Part shown: piece after piece, positions 11,905 through 24,175 of the stretch
Layout: each line of letters opens with the position of its first letter
Numbering within the stretch: the first letter of the stretch is position 1
Source of the DNA: Thermoanaerobaculia bacterium
GTDB lineage: Bacteria > Acidobacteriota > Thermoanaerobaculia > Multivoradales > Multivoraceae
NCBI GenBank assembly: GCA_963666565.1
Contig: OY762911.1
Location: 3,072,001-3,136,000, forward strand
Length of the DNA: 64,000 nucleotides
Direction: 5' to 3'
The notes under the pieces: model-generated
Seen by the model: the letters and a program-made list of their open reading frames with translations, nothing else
Databases searched by the model: none
What the model was told of the DNA's origin: nothing
Program-made: the position numbers and the translations under genes

Positions 11905-14900
11905 CTACAACTCGAACCGCAGGCCGACGCTGAGAACCCGGCCCAGGGGGTTGTGGGTGGAGGGGTCGTAGTTCAACTGGCGGAAGACCCGGGGCGGATC
12001 CTTGTCGGCGAGGTTGAGGATGGACGCGAAAAGCGTCGCCCTGTCGCCGGGAATGTCCCAGGAGACGTGAAGGTCGTGAGTGGCGAAGGCGTCGATGGGG
12101 TAGTCGGCGCCCCACGGGGCGGGGGCGTCGTGGACGTAGGAATCGACGTGGTTCAGGTGCCAGCGGGCGGTGAAGGCGCCGGCGGAGTAGCCGGCGAAGA
12201 GGCGGCCCTTGAGTTCGGGCAGGGCGCGGGCGAGGGAGGTGTCGTAGTTCAGGCGGCCCTTCGCGTCGTAGGCGTCGCCCAGTTCCCAGCCGTCGATGTT
12301 CCAGGACAGGGCGTAGGTGCCCGAGGCGCCGAGGGTCAAGCGGCCGGGGCCGGCGTTGGCCTGGAGTTCGGCGCGGAAGTCGATGCCGTCGGTTGCGATG
12401 TCCGGTCCGTTCACGATCCGCACCCGGACGGTGTCGAGGTTCACGATGGTGGGCACGGCGCCGCTGATGGTCAGCGAGTCGAACCAGGGCGAGCCGGTGT
12501 CGCAGATCGGGTGCGTGGCGGCCGGGCAGGCCTCGCCGAGGATGAAGTTGAAGGGCTGGATGACGAGAGGGTCCGTGAAGTCGTAGCGCCAGTAGTCGGC
12601 GGTGGCGAAGAAGCGGCCGCTGCGGCCGGCGAGGCCGGTCTTCTCGAACACGAGGCCGGCGTTCAGCGTCGTTGCCGATTCCGGGTCGAGGGTGGGGTCG
12701 CCGAAGATGTGGATCGGCTTGAAGGTGCCGATGCTGCCGATGAACTGGCGCGAGGTGTCGGCGATGCCCGGGATGGTCTGGTTGAGCGTCGGACCGCGGA
12801 AGGTCGTGCCGAACGAACCGCGCAGCGCCAGGGCGTCCGTCGCCTGCCAGCGCAGGGCGACCTTGGGATCGAGGCTCGAACCGACGCCGCGGCCGTAGTC
12901 CTCGAAGCGTAGCGAGACCTGGCTCTCGACGGAGGGCGCGAGCGGCAGCGACAGTTCGCCGAAGACGGAGCCGATGCCGCGGTCGTCCGACACGGGGAAG
13001 GCCGGCGGCAGGTAGCTGAAGACGCCGTCGGCGCGGTCGCAGGAGACGATGTCGGGGCCGCCCGCGCAGGGGTAGATCGCGATGTCGTGCAGGGCGCCGC
13101 CGCGCGGCGTGGCCGCGCCCAGGGTGTAGGGGCTCAGGTCGTAGGTCTCGCTTCGCCACTGGGCGCCGGCCGCGTACTCCGCCGCGCCTCCCGGCAGATC
13201 CCAGTCGAGGAGGCCGCTCGCCACCGCCTCGAGGACGAGCAGGGAGGTCTCGCCCCGGTAGCCGAGGATGGTCGTCAGGTAGTCGTGAATCGGGGCGTTG
13301 TCGAAGGCCGGGTCGTAGTCCGGGTTCGTCGCGTTCGGCACCAGATGGTGGGGCCTGATCGCGTTGGAGAACGGGTGCCAGTACAGGCAGTCGCCCCGGC
13401 CCGCGTGCCGGCGCAGGGTGTCGAGGGAGAAGCTGAGGGCGCCGTTCGCGTCGTACTCGTTCGGCACCCGTTCCTCGCAGCCGAAGCCGGCCAGGCCGAG
13501 CAGCGCCCGGCGCTCGCGGTAGTGCAGCGAGTCGCCGTCCTCGAACTCGCGCTCGGCCTCCGACCAGGCGCCGCGGAAGGCCCACAGCGTCTCGCCGGTG
13601 ACGCCCTCGAAGTCGAAGGCGAAGCGGCGGGTCTCGGACTGGCGAAGATGCCCGCGCGTCGGACCCTCCTGCCCGAAGGTGCGGCCCCGGATCCACGCCA
13701 CCTCCTGCCAGGCCGGGTCGATGCCGGCCGCGTCCTGGGCGCCGCCGTCTCCCGTCCAGCGGCAGTACGCGGCGTCGCAGAATGCGTAGGGGCCGTAGAG
13801 ATCGGGGTAGCGCCGGGCCATGTCGATCAGGCTCGGGTGGTTGGCGCGCACCGAGCGGCCGGGGTCGAGGGTCCGGTGCGGGTAGGACGGGGAGGTCTGC
13901 CACGAGGGCACGTCGCTCTCGGCCACCAGCACCTCGGCGCCGATGTGCCAGCCGCCCTCGGTGTCCCAGGAGGCCTCGGTGAACCACTGGCCGCGCCGAG
14001 TGTCCTGGACCAGGTTGTCGAAGGCCGTGTACTGGAAGCGGCAGATGGCGCTGGTCGGGCTGCTGACCGCGCCGCCGACGCGCTCGCAGTTCGGGTCGCG
14101 GATGGCGGGAGCGCCGGAGAGGGGGTTGAACACGCCCGGCCGGCCCGTTCCCGTCCAGCCGCCGCGCGGGTTGTCGGCGTAGGGCCGGATCGCCCAGTCG
14201 CGGTCGGCGAGCAGGACGGGGCTCCGCCGGGACAGGCCGAGCGAGGTCACGGCGTGGCCGCGGCCGCCGCCGAACGGCGTGCCGCCGACGATCCCGATCT
14301 CGCCGTCGCCGTTCGACGCGTCGATCATGCTGTGCTTGCCCTCGAACGCGAGGCCGCCGAAGTGGCTGCGGGTGATGACGTTCATCACGCCGGCGATGGC
14401 GTCCGAGCCGTAGGTCGCGGCGCCGCCGTCCCGCAGGAACTCGACCTTCTCGACGGCGACCATGGGCAGGACGTTCGTGTCGACCAGGAGCTGCGCCTGA
14501 TCGGGGATCGCGCCGGGCGACCAGGTGATCCGGTCGCCGTTCAGCAGCACCAGGGACCGGCTCGGTCCGAGGCCGCGCAGGTTGAGCGTGGAGCGGTCGG
14601 CGCCGGTGCGGGAACCGAACTGGTCCGACTCGAGATCGGCGCCGAGGCTGAACGAGAGGTTGCGGACGACGCCGAGCATCGACGGCGAGCCTTCCGCCTC
14701 CAGGTCGTCGCGGGAGAGAACGGAGACGGGCTGCGCGGCGTCCTCGGGGCTGCCCGGGATCCAGGAGCCGGTGACGGTGACGGAGTGGCTGAAGGTCTCG
14801 ACGTCGTGGGAATGCTCGTGACCGTGGCCGTCTTCTTCCGCTGCGTCGTGTTCGTCCGCGTGCTCGTGGCCGCTCTCTTCCGTGCCGGCTTGAGCGTGCT

Positions 14901-15141
14901 CGTCCCCGTGGTCGTGGCCGGCGTCCTCCGGACCGGCGTGTTCGTGTCCGTGCTCCTGCTCGTCCGGGTGGTCGCCGTCGGTCTCCTCCGCGTGTTGGCG
15001 CTCCCGTTCGTGCTCGTCCTCGGTTTCCTGTGCCGCCGCGCCGGCCGTCCAGAGAAGCGCGAGAAGCGCGAGCGGAAGCGCGGGCAACGCCACGCGCGCG
15101 GGCCTGGGCGTGGACTCCGTGAAGAAGAGGGTACGGGCCAT
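11905..15141 (-). CDS. TonB-dependent receptor with His/Glu/Asp-rich N-terminal extension
   Basis: Signal peptide (...WTAGAAA), VTVTGS box, LNLRGLGPSRSLVLLNG, plug motif VEKVEFLRDGGAATYGSDAIAGVMNVITR, C-terminal GRVLSVGLRFEL; GGAGG upstream. Confidence 0.93.
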   Translation of the reverse strand: MARTLFFTESTPRPARVALPALPLALLALLWTAGAAAQETEDEHERERQHAEETDGDHPDEQEHGHEHAGPEDAGHDHGDEHAQAGTEESGHEHADEHDAAEEDGHGHEHSHDVETFSHSVTVTGSWIPGSPEDAAQPVSVLSRDDLEAEGSPSMLGVVRNLSFSLGADLESDQFGSRTGADRSTLNLRGLGPSRSLVLLNGDRITWSPGAIPDQAQLLVDTNVLPMVAVEKVEFLRDGGAATYGSDAIAGVMNVITRSHFGGLAFEGKHSMIDASNGDGEIGIVGGTPFGGGRGHAVTSLGLSRRSPVLLADRDWAIRPYADNPRGGWTGTGRPGVFNPLSGAPAIRDPNCERVGGAVSSPTSAICRFQYTAFDNLVQDTRRGQWFTEASWDTEGGWHIGAEVLVAESDVPSWQTSPSYPHRTLDPGRSVRANHPSLIDMARRYPDLYGPYAFCDAAYCRWTGDGGAQDAAGIDPAWQEVAWIRGRTFGQEGPTRGHLRQSETRRFAFDFEGVTGETLWAFRGAWSEAEREFEDGDSLHYRERRALLGLAGFGCEERVPNEYDANGALSFSLDTLRRHAGRGDCLYWHPFSNAIRPHHLVPNATNPDYDPAFDNAPIHDYLTTILGYRGETSLLVLEAVASGLLDWDLPGGAAEYAAGAQWRSETYDLSPYTLGAATPRGGALHDIAIYPCAGGPDIVSCDRADGVFSYLPPAFPVSDDRGIGSVFGELSLPLAPSVESQVSLRFEDYGRGVGSSLDPKVALRWQATDALALRGSFGTTFRGPTLNQTIPGIADTSRQFIGSIGTFKPIHIFGDPTLDPESATTLNAGLVFEKTGLAGRSGRFFATADYWRYDFTDPLVIQPFNFILGEACPAATHPICDTGSPWFDSLTISGAVPTIVNLDTVRVRIVNGPDIATDGIDFRAELQANAGPGRLTLGASGTYALSWNIDGWELGDAYDAKGRLNYDTSLARALPELKGRLFAGYSAGAFTARWHLNHVDSYVHDAPAPWGADYPIDAFATHDLHVSWDIPGDRATLFASILNLADKDPPRVFRQLNYDPSTHNPLGRVLSVGLRFEL

Positions 15142-15194
15142 GCCGGCGGCCTCCGTTCGGTCGTGTCGAGGAATGGCTGCGCCGGCCGTGCCGG

Positions 15195-15704
15195 TCAGCT
15201 AACGACGCGGTTCGGGTTCATGCCCGAGCAACCGTCGTGCCTGGCCGCCGTGGAGCAGCGGCCGGTGTAGCAGGAGTTGCCGGCGAAGCCCTGGGGACGC
15301 ACGCTCTCGATCCAGCGTTCGACGTTCGCCTGGACCTCGGCCGCGGTCTGGCCGTGCTCCGTGATGAGGACCTTCGAGAGGCCCCACCATGCCCGCCCCA
15401 GGTTGCACTGGCAGCAGCAGGTGTAGGCCGAGCGGTCGCTGCAGCAGGGCGCCGGGATGGGGGTGAGCGCGGCGCGCTTGACCTCCTCCTGCTCGGCCGT
15501 CAGTTCGATCTCGGCGTCGTACGCGATGAGCCGCTCCATCGGCAGCGCCAGCAGGGCGGCGACCGGGTCGTCGCCGGGCGCGGCGGCGGCCGCGCCCGCC
15601 GACGCCGGCGGCGGAGCGCCGCCGCAACTCCAGACCGTCAACGCGACCGGGAGTATCGCGGCGGCGGCGACGAGGCGGCGAAAGCGATCAGCGCGGCGAA
15701 CCAT
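15195..15704 (-). CDS. Cys-rich putative lipoprotein of unknown function
   Basis: Basic N-terminus, hydrophobic stretch and TVWSC lipobox; PCC..YTCCCQC..SCYTGRC..GCSGM gives 9 further Cys; TAAGAT lies 8 nt before ATG 15704. Confidence 0.75.
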   Translation of the reverse strand: MVRRADRFRRLVAAAAILPVALTVWSCGGAPPPASAGAAAAAPGDDPVAALLALPMERLIAYDAEIELTAEQEEVKRAALTPIPAPCCSDRSAYTCCCQCNLGRAWWGLSKVLITEHGQTAAEVQANVERWIESVRPQGFAGNSCYTGRCSTAARHDGCSGMNPNRVVS

Positions 15705-15771
15705 GGCGTGCGATCTTACATCCGTCGGGGTCGGCAATGCACAACCGAGGAGCGTGGACCTCCTCCGTTTC

Positions 15772-16182
15772 TCATGGTGTCTCCACCACGGTGCACTCCA
15801 GCGCGGACACGCGCAGGTAGTCCCGGTCGGAGGTCAGGAGATGGCCGTGACACTCCAGCGTGCAGGCGGCGATCCAGACGTCGTTCAACGGGATTGGCGT
15901 GCCGGCCGCCCGCAGGGAGGCGAAGACGCGGGCGTAGTGGCGAACCGTCGCTCGGGTCACGTCGAGGACGCTCACGAACGGCTCCGTCAGGAACTCGTCG
16001 AGTACGCGCCGGTTCTCGGCTGCGCGGCTACCGCGTTCGAAGGCCGCTTCCAGTTCGCCGAGAACGATCACGGGCACGAGAACCTGCACGGCGGCGGTGA
16101 GGCTCGCGAGTACCTGCGGGTGTCGACTGCGAAAGTGCGAGTAGGCGCTGGTGTCGAGGACCAGCCGATCGATCGCGTTCAT
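15772..16182 (-). CDS. vapC: PIN-domain toxin (VapC family)
   Basis: LVLDTSAY, VIVLGEL, GTPIPLNDVWIAA, LLTSDRDY; ATGA overlap with the antitoxin. Confidence 0.92.
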   Translation of the reverse strand: MNAIDRLVLDTSAYSHFRSRHPQVLASLTAAVQVLVPVIVLGELEAAFERGSRAAENRRVLDEFLTEPFVSVLDVTRATVRHYARVFASLRAAGTPIPLNDVWIAACTLECHGHLLTSDRDYLRVSALECTVVETP

Positions 16183-16424
16183 TCCCAGTACTGCCTGTCG
16201 AGCACCCGCTGTTCGGCCAGCGCGGCATCGAATTCGATCGCGTCTTCTTCGGTCCATGTGGCGTAGCGGAGGAGGCGAGCGCGACGGGCGTCCGGTCCGA
16301 CAGCCTGGCGAAGCACGTGCAGCACGGTGGCGTTCAGGCTCTCGCCTCGCTCGGCGCTGATGGTGCGCAGCCGCCGGGCGAGATCCGCTTCCACGTTGCG
16401 TATGGTCAATTGGGATGACGGCAT
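16179..16424 (-). CDS. FitA/VapB-like ribbon-helix-helix antitoxin
   Basis: 81 aa MPSSQLTIRNVEADLARRLRTISAERGESLN...; acidic C-terminus; overlaps the vapC start. Confidence 0.85.
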   Translation of the reverse strand: MPSSQLTIRNVEADLARRLRTISAERGESLNATVLHVLRQAVGPDARRARLLRYATWTEEDAIEFDAALAEQRVLDRQYWE

Positions 16425-16462
16425 GACAGCGCGACTATGCATGCGCGATGTCACCGTGTCAA
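16424..16462 (-). promoter_or_regulatory. Sigma70-type promoter and probable autorepression operator of the TA operon
   Basis: Minus strand TTGACA(16462-16457)-17 nt-CATAGT(16439-16434)-9 nt-ATG; TGACA/TGTCA half-sites at 16424, 16449 and 16457. Confidence 0.7.
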
Positions 16463-16485
16463 CCTGCCGGTGACGCTCCTCGCGG

Positions 16486-17781
16486 TCACGGCTGCGGCGT
16501 AGACGATCGGCCGCAGTCGCCCGCCGAGCCCCGATACCCCCGATAGCCGGCCCAGAAGTACGGATGGGAGGCGTCGAACTCCACAGGTTCGCGACCCTCG
16601 CCCTGATGGAACACGAGGGGATCGGCGAGCAGCCTGAGCTGGGCCACTCGGAGTGCGTCGGCGGGCGCCTTGTCGTCGCCGGCCAGGTTCCGGTAGAAGG
16701 CGTCGAACAGGTGGGTGGCGGATTCGTCGAGCACCGGCCAGAGCGACGCGACGACGGAAGTCGCGCCGGCGGCGCCAAAGGCCTCGACGAACGGCCCGGG
16801 TCCGATGCCGTGGCCGCCGGTGTCGAGGCCGGAGAGGACGACCAGGGAATCGGCTTCGAGGGCCAGTCTCGACGCGAGTTGGCCGGTCGAGACGGGAACG
16901 GGCTGCTCGTCATACCGCTCGGGGGAGAGCAGCACGGCGGAAGCGCCGGAGTCGCCGGGCTCGACAAGCGCTTCCACCGCGACGTGCAGGAACCGGACTG
17001 CGTAGCTCTCGGTCGATTCCCACAACAGCGCTGGCGAGGCGGCCTGACCGAAGCGGGACAGCACCGGCAGGCCCAGGGCAGCGACGGTGCTCGCCTGATT
17101 CCGCCGGGCGGCGTGACGGCGCCAGGAGATGCCGCCGTCGCTCATCGAGGCGCCGAGCGGCCGCGCCGGCGGACGGTACACGGCGTCGGCCACCGCCAGA
17201 GCGATCTGCGTCTCGCCAGCGGGTCGGTCGGCGGCAGCGCCGGCGCTCAATGCCGGGTTCACCCAGCACAGCGTGCGCGTCTCGATCAGGTAGCGGCCCC
17301 GAGGATCGAGCGACCGCGGCGCCCGGGTCGCGCCGAAGGGAAGGTCGGCGAGCGGCCCGTTGGCGGACAGGACCAGACGCGAGGCGTCTCGGAGACGCTC
17401 GGAGACCGGGCCGAGCAGGATCTCGCCCAGTTCGTCCCCGAGACGAACGATCCGACCGAGAGAAGCCGGCGGCCTGAGCAGCGCGAGTTCGCGGATCTCG
17501 GCGACGAGCGGCTGGAGACTCTCGGCGGTCGCGTGCAGCGTCAACGTGGCCGGCGGGTCATTGTCCGGGCCCGCAATGACGGTCAGGCGGACGGGACGCC
17601 CGGGAGAGGCGTCGTAGACGAGCGTCGCGACGCCGTCGACGGTTGGCCGGAGGTGGTCGGGGAGGGAAGCGGGGTCGGGTCCGGCCTGCGCCCACGCGGA
17701 CGAACCGGCGAGGATCGGCAGGCTGAGTGCCGCGGCAGCGACCCAGGCGGCAGCCGACCGCGGGTTTCCTGCGTTCCTCAT
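16486..17781 (-). CDS. Secreted CHAT-domain protein lacking the catalytic His and Cys
   Basis: Signal peptide (...SSAWA); CHAT hallmarks GPLADLPFGA, AFGAAGATSVVASLWPVLDES, ADALRVAQLRLL and HPYFWAGY; the catalytic motifs read LHVAVEA and LVVLSGLDTG. Alternative start 17796. Confidence 0.85.
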   Translation of the reverse strand: MRNAGNPRSAAAWVAAAALSLPILAGSSAWAQAGPDPASLPDHLRPTVDGVATLVYDASPGRPVRLTVIAGPDNDPPATLTLHATAESLQPLVAEIRELALLRPPASLGRIVRLGDELGEILLGPVSERLRDASRLVLSANGPLADLPFGATRAPRSLDPRGRYLIETRTLCWVNPALSAGAAADRPAGETQIALAVADAVYRPPARPLGASMSDGGISWRRHAARRNQASTVAALGLPVLSRFGQAASPALLWESTESYAVRFLHVAVEALVEPGDSGASAVLLSPERYDEQPVPVSTGQLASRLALEADSLVVLSGLDTGGHGIGPGPFVEAFGAAGATSVVASLWPVLDESATHLFDAFYRNLAGDDKAPADALRVAQLRLLADPLVFHQGEGREPVEFDASHPYFWAGYRGYRGSAGDCGRSSTPQP

Positions 17782-17859
17782 CGTCGATCCCCTCATGAGC
17801 GCCGGAGAGTCCGCGTTGTATCAGAGTCGGCCGGCCGACGCGGATACGATCCCGGCGCG

Positions 17860-18609
17860 ATGTCCGACGTGCGGCTCGACTCCGACGGCGAGGTGGCGCG
17901 GATCACGCTGACCCGGAGCGCCAGGGCGAACGCGCTCGATTCGGCGACGACGAAGGCGCTGCGCGAGGCGGTCATGGAGTCGGCGGAGGCGAACCCGCGG
18001 GTCGTCGTCCTCGCCGGCGAACGTGTCTTCTGCGGCGGCGCCGACCTTCGCGAGATGGAGGATCTCGATTCGGTCGCGGCGGAGCGCTTCATCCGCGGGC
18101 TGCACCGGGCGTTTCTGGCGATCCGCCAGCACGCGGCGCCGGTCGTCGCCGAGGTTCGCGGAGCGGCGCTCGGCGCGGGCCTGGAGCTCCTCGTCTCGTG
18201 CGACCTGTCGGTTGCCGCCGACGACGCGATCTTCGGGATGCCGGAACCCCACGTCGGCCTGCCTTCAGTGATCGAGGCGGCGCTGCTGCCTCACGTGGTG
18301 GGCCTCGTTCGCGCCCGCGAACTGCTGTTCCTGGGCGATCCGATCGGGGCCGCCGAGGCGGCGAGCATCGGCCTGGTCGGCGAGGTCGTCCCGGCGGCCG
18401 ACCTGGAGGCGGCCGTGAACGCGAAGGTCGAGCGGCTGCTGCGACTGAGCCCCGAGGCCCTGTCGCTGCAGAAGCGCCTGATCGGCCGCTGGCTCAACCT
18501 GCCCCTGGAGAAGGCCGTGGAGGCCGGCGTGTCGGCGTTTCGGGCCGCCTATGGGACCGATGAGCCGAAGCGGGCGATGCGGGAGTTCTGGCGACGTCGC
18601 CGCGGCTGA
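17860..18609 (+). CDS. Enoyl-CoA hydratase/isomerase family protein
   Basis: ARITLTRSARANALD, FCGGADLREM, GAALGAGLELLVSCD, FGMPEPHVGL. Confidence 0.92.
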   Translation: MSDVRLDSDGEVARITLTRSARANALDSATTKALREAVMESAEANPRVVVLAGERVFCGGADLREMEDLDSVAAERFIRGLHRAFLAIRQHAAPVVAEVRGAALGAGLELLVSCDLSVAADDAIFGMPEPHVGLPSVIEAALLPHVVGLVRARELLFLGDPIGAAEAASIGLVGEVVPAADLEAAVNAKVERLLRLSPEALSLQKRLIGRWLNLPLEKAVEAGVSAFRAAYGTDEPKRAMREFWRRRRG

Positions 18610-18621
18610 GAGTCCGCGCCA

Positions 18622-18762
18622 CTGGGTGCGCGGGTCTTCCGACCCGCTCCCGGCCGCCGTCGCGGAGCGGCGGAGGCCGGAAACAAGGCCGCCGGCCAGA
18701 GGCCGGCGACGACATTGGATGCCGCCTTCGGCGGGAGCGGGTCGGAAGACCCGCGCACCCAG
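18622..18762. mobile_element. MITE/REPIN-like element: inverted REP doublet, 141 bp
   Basis: 18622-18652 is the perfect reverse complement of 18732-18762 (31 bp); internal blocks are shared with 61581-61770; no transposase. Confidence 0.7.
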
Positions 18763-18858
18763 CGGCCCGCGCACCCAGCGGCCCGCGCACCCAGCGGCCC
18801 GCGCACCCAGCGGCCCGCGCACCCAGCGGCCCGCGCACCCAGTGGCCCGTGGACCCAG
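18763..18858 (+). repeat. 16-bp tandem repeat CGGCCCGCGCACCCAG (5 perfect + 1 degenerate copy)
   Basis: Units start at 18763, 18779, 18795, 18811, 18827 and 18843; the unit ends in the same 13 nt (CCCGCGCACCCAG) as the adjacent REP. Confidence 0.95.
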
Positions 18859-18870
18859 CGGACTCGGCGG

Positions 18871-19869
18871 TCAGGCGGCCAGCCAGCGCAGGCAGCCGGT
18901 CGACTCCAGCACCGCGTCGATCTCTTCGCGGTCGGAGAGTTCGGCGTACTTGGCGCGCAGCGCCGCCAGCGACCGGGCGTGGTACTTCTGCGGCTTCTGG
19001 GTCCACGTCCCACTGGCAATGTCCACCGAGAACTCCTCGTCGCCTCCGGCGATCGCCGCGGCATTGGCGACGCTCCAGGGCAGGAAGAGCCCGGCGACCT
19101 GCCGTTCGACCAGGGGCGTCAAGGTCGGCGCCAGGGACGCCCAGTCCTCGAAGTCGCCGTTCGCGGTCGGATCGACCAGGCGCTTCACCCAGGCGACGGT
19201 GCGGGGCGCGCGTTCCTCCAGCAGGGCGCCCGGCGTCGGATCGGTCCACGCCTGGTGCAACTGGAAGCCGATGCCGAAGTCGCCGAACGCCGGCCGGTCG
19301 CCGAAGAGGTAGTCGCGGCCGTCGAGGTGGGCCTCGATCAGGTCGGCCGTGTCCAGGAACGACTGCTCGATCTGCGGCGCGGTCTTCTCGTTGGAGCCGA
19401 CGAACCACACCCTGGGCACCATCCGCTCGCGGATCTGGGCGGTCATCGCCTGGAGCGTCTCCTCGTCGGCGTCCGGGTTCATGCCCTGGGCGATGCGGCG
19501 GGCGCCGGACTCCTGGTCCGCCGGACGGGCCCAGCGGTAGTGGAACATCAGCTTGTTGCCCCACTCGTCGCCGTACTCCTCGAGCAGCACGGAGACGAAG
19601 GCCGCGGTCGGATCGGGAGGGTGGATCGAGGGCTCGGGGAACTCGGCCTCCATCGCCTCGATGATCGGCGTCGAGTCTTGCATGCCCCGGTCGTCGGGCG
19701 TGACGACCAGGGGCACCAGCGGCAGCCTGGCGTAGCGCTTGAACTCGTCCTGGTTGGCGCCGCTCCGGCGCAGCCACTCGTGGGGGATTCCCTTGTAGCG
19801 GAAGTACGAGCGGATCTTGACGGAGTAGGGCGACAGTTCCGCGCCGAAGATTCGGTAGGGTCGGGCCAT
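18871..19869 (-). CDS. Glutathione S-transferase family protein
   Basis: IFGAELSPYSVKIRSYFRYKGI, LVPLVV..MQDSTPII, YLFGDRPAFGDFG; CAGGAGG upstream. Confidence 0.9.
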   Translation of the reverse strand: MARPYRIFGAELSPYSVKIRSYFRYKGIPHEWLRRSGANQDEFKRYARLPLVPLVVTPDDRGMQDSTPIIEAMEAEFPEPSIHPPDPTAAFVSVLLEEYGDEWGNKLMFHYRWARPADQESGARRIAQGMNPDADEETLQAMTAQIRERMVPRVWFVGSNEKTAPQIEQSFLDTADLIEAHLDGRDYLFGDRPAFGDFGIGFQLHQAWTDPTPGALLEERAPRTVAWVKRLVDPTANGDFEDWASLAPTLTPLVERQVAGLFLPWSVANAAAIAGGDEEFSVDIASGTWTQKPQKYHARSLAALRAKYAELSDREEIDAVLESTGCLRWLAA

Positions 19870-19934
19870 TGGCGTGAGCCTCCTGGAGGGAGTCGTTGTC
19901 GGACGGAGGAGGCTATCCCAGGAGGATTCACTGC

Positions 19935-21956
<2,022 letters not shown>

Positions 21957-21972
21957 CAGAATCGCGCATGCG

Positions 21973-21998
21973 CCGGGTGCGCGGGTCTTCTGACCCGC
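21973..21998 (-). repeat. REP-like hairpin, family 1
   Basis: CCGGGTGC-GCGGGTC-TTCT-GACCCGC just after the recQ stop. Confidence 0.9.
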
Positions 21999-22077
21999 TG
22001 CCGGCGTAGCCGGCCAGATGCCGGGGCCGGTCGCGGCACCGAAGCGACGGGAGACGACAGGGAGGGCCAGAACGCAC

Positions 22078-23556
<1,479 letters not shown>

Positions 23557-23603
23557 CAGCACCTTTCACCAAGGTGCCAAAGGGGCGCTCAACGCTCCAC
23601 TCG

Positions 23604-23933
23604 ATGGTGGACGATCTCACTACCATGGTCACCTGCAACGACTTCGAGCGTGAGTTCGGTCACTTCCTTGGCCGCGCTCCCGACGTGCTCCGGTTCGTTG
23701 CGCTCGGAAGGACCGAACAGGGTGACCGAGGTGCCGCGTTCCGGGTCGACTACGTGAAACCCTCGGGTGCGATCGGCTTCTACTACCCGGACTGGGTCGT
23801 GGTCCAGCGGGACCACTCCGGGGAGGTCAACTGGATCGTCGAGACGAAGGGCCGAGTCCGGGAAGGACCACTTCCCCGCGCCGGGCTCGCGCTTGACTCA
23901 CTCCCGGTGAGTCATGCAGACTCATTGCGATGA
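23604..23933 (+). pseudogene. Remnant of the C-terminal PD-(D/E)xK nuclease region of a type III restriction (Res-like) helicase
   Basis: NDFEREFGHFL..FRVDYVKPSGAIGFYYPDWVVV..NWIVETKGR; there is no helicase part, and similarity stops at about 23867. Confidence 0.65.
23893..23922 (+). promoter_or_regulatory. Promoter/operator of the second TA operon
   Basis: TTGACT(23893)-18 nt-CAGACT(23917)-7 nt-ATG 23930; the perfect inverted repeat TGACTCAC-5 nt-GTGAGTCA (23894-23914) overlaps it. Confidence 0.65.
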
Positions 23934-24175
23934 CTAAACGCATGCAAGTGCTGTTCGAGGACGAGGAGTATCGGGGGATACAGCGTGTCGCGCGCGAGTG
24001 CCGCATGACCGTCGCCGAGTGGGTGCGCCAGTCTCTGCGCGAAGCGCGGATGGCCCGGAAGTCCGTCGCGGAGGCCAAGCTGCGAGCGGTGGATGAGGCG
24101 ACCCGTCACAGTTTCCCCGTCGGCAACATCGAAACGATGCTCCGGGAAATCGAAGCGGACCGGTTGCCGGAGTGA
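23930..24175 (+). CDS. CopG/RHH-like antitoxin
   Basis: 81 aa MTKRMQVLFEDEEY..MTVAEWVRQSLR; GTGA overlap with the PIN gene. Confidence 0.82.
   Translation: MTKRMQVLFEDEEYRGIQRVARECRMTVAEWVRQSLREARMARKSVAEAKLRAVDEATRHSFPVGNIETMLREIEADRLPE

Noticed and set aside
15195-15704. Cys-rich ORF as a RiPP precursor or c-type cytochrome
   Set aside because: It has a lipoprotein signal, is 169 aa long, has no CxxCH and has no adjacent maturase.
18763-18858. Possible CRISPR array
   Set aside because: Contiguous 16-bp units with no spacers and no cas genes.
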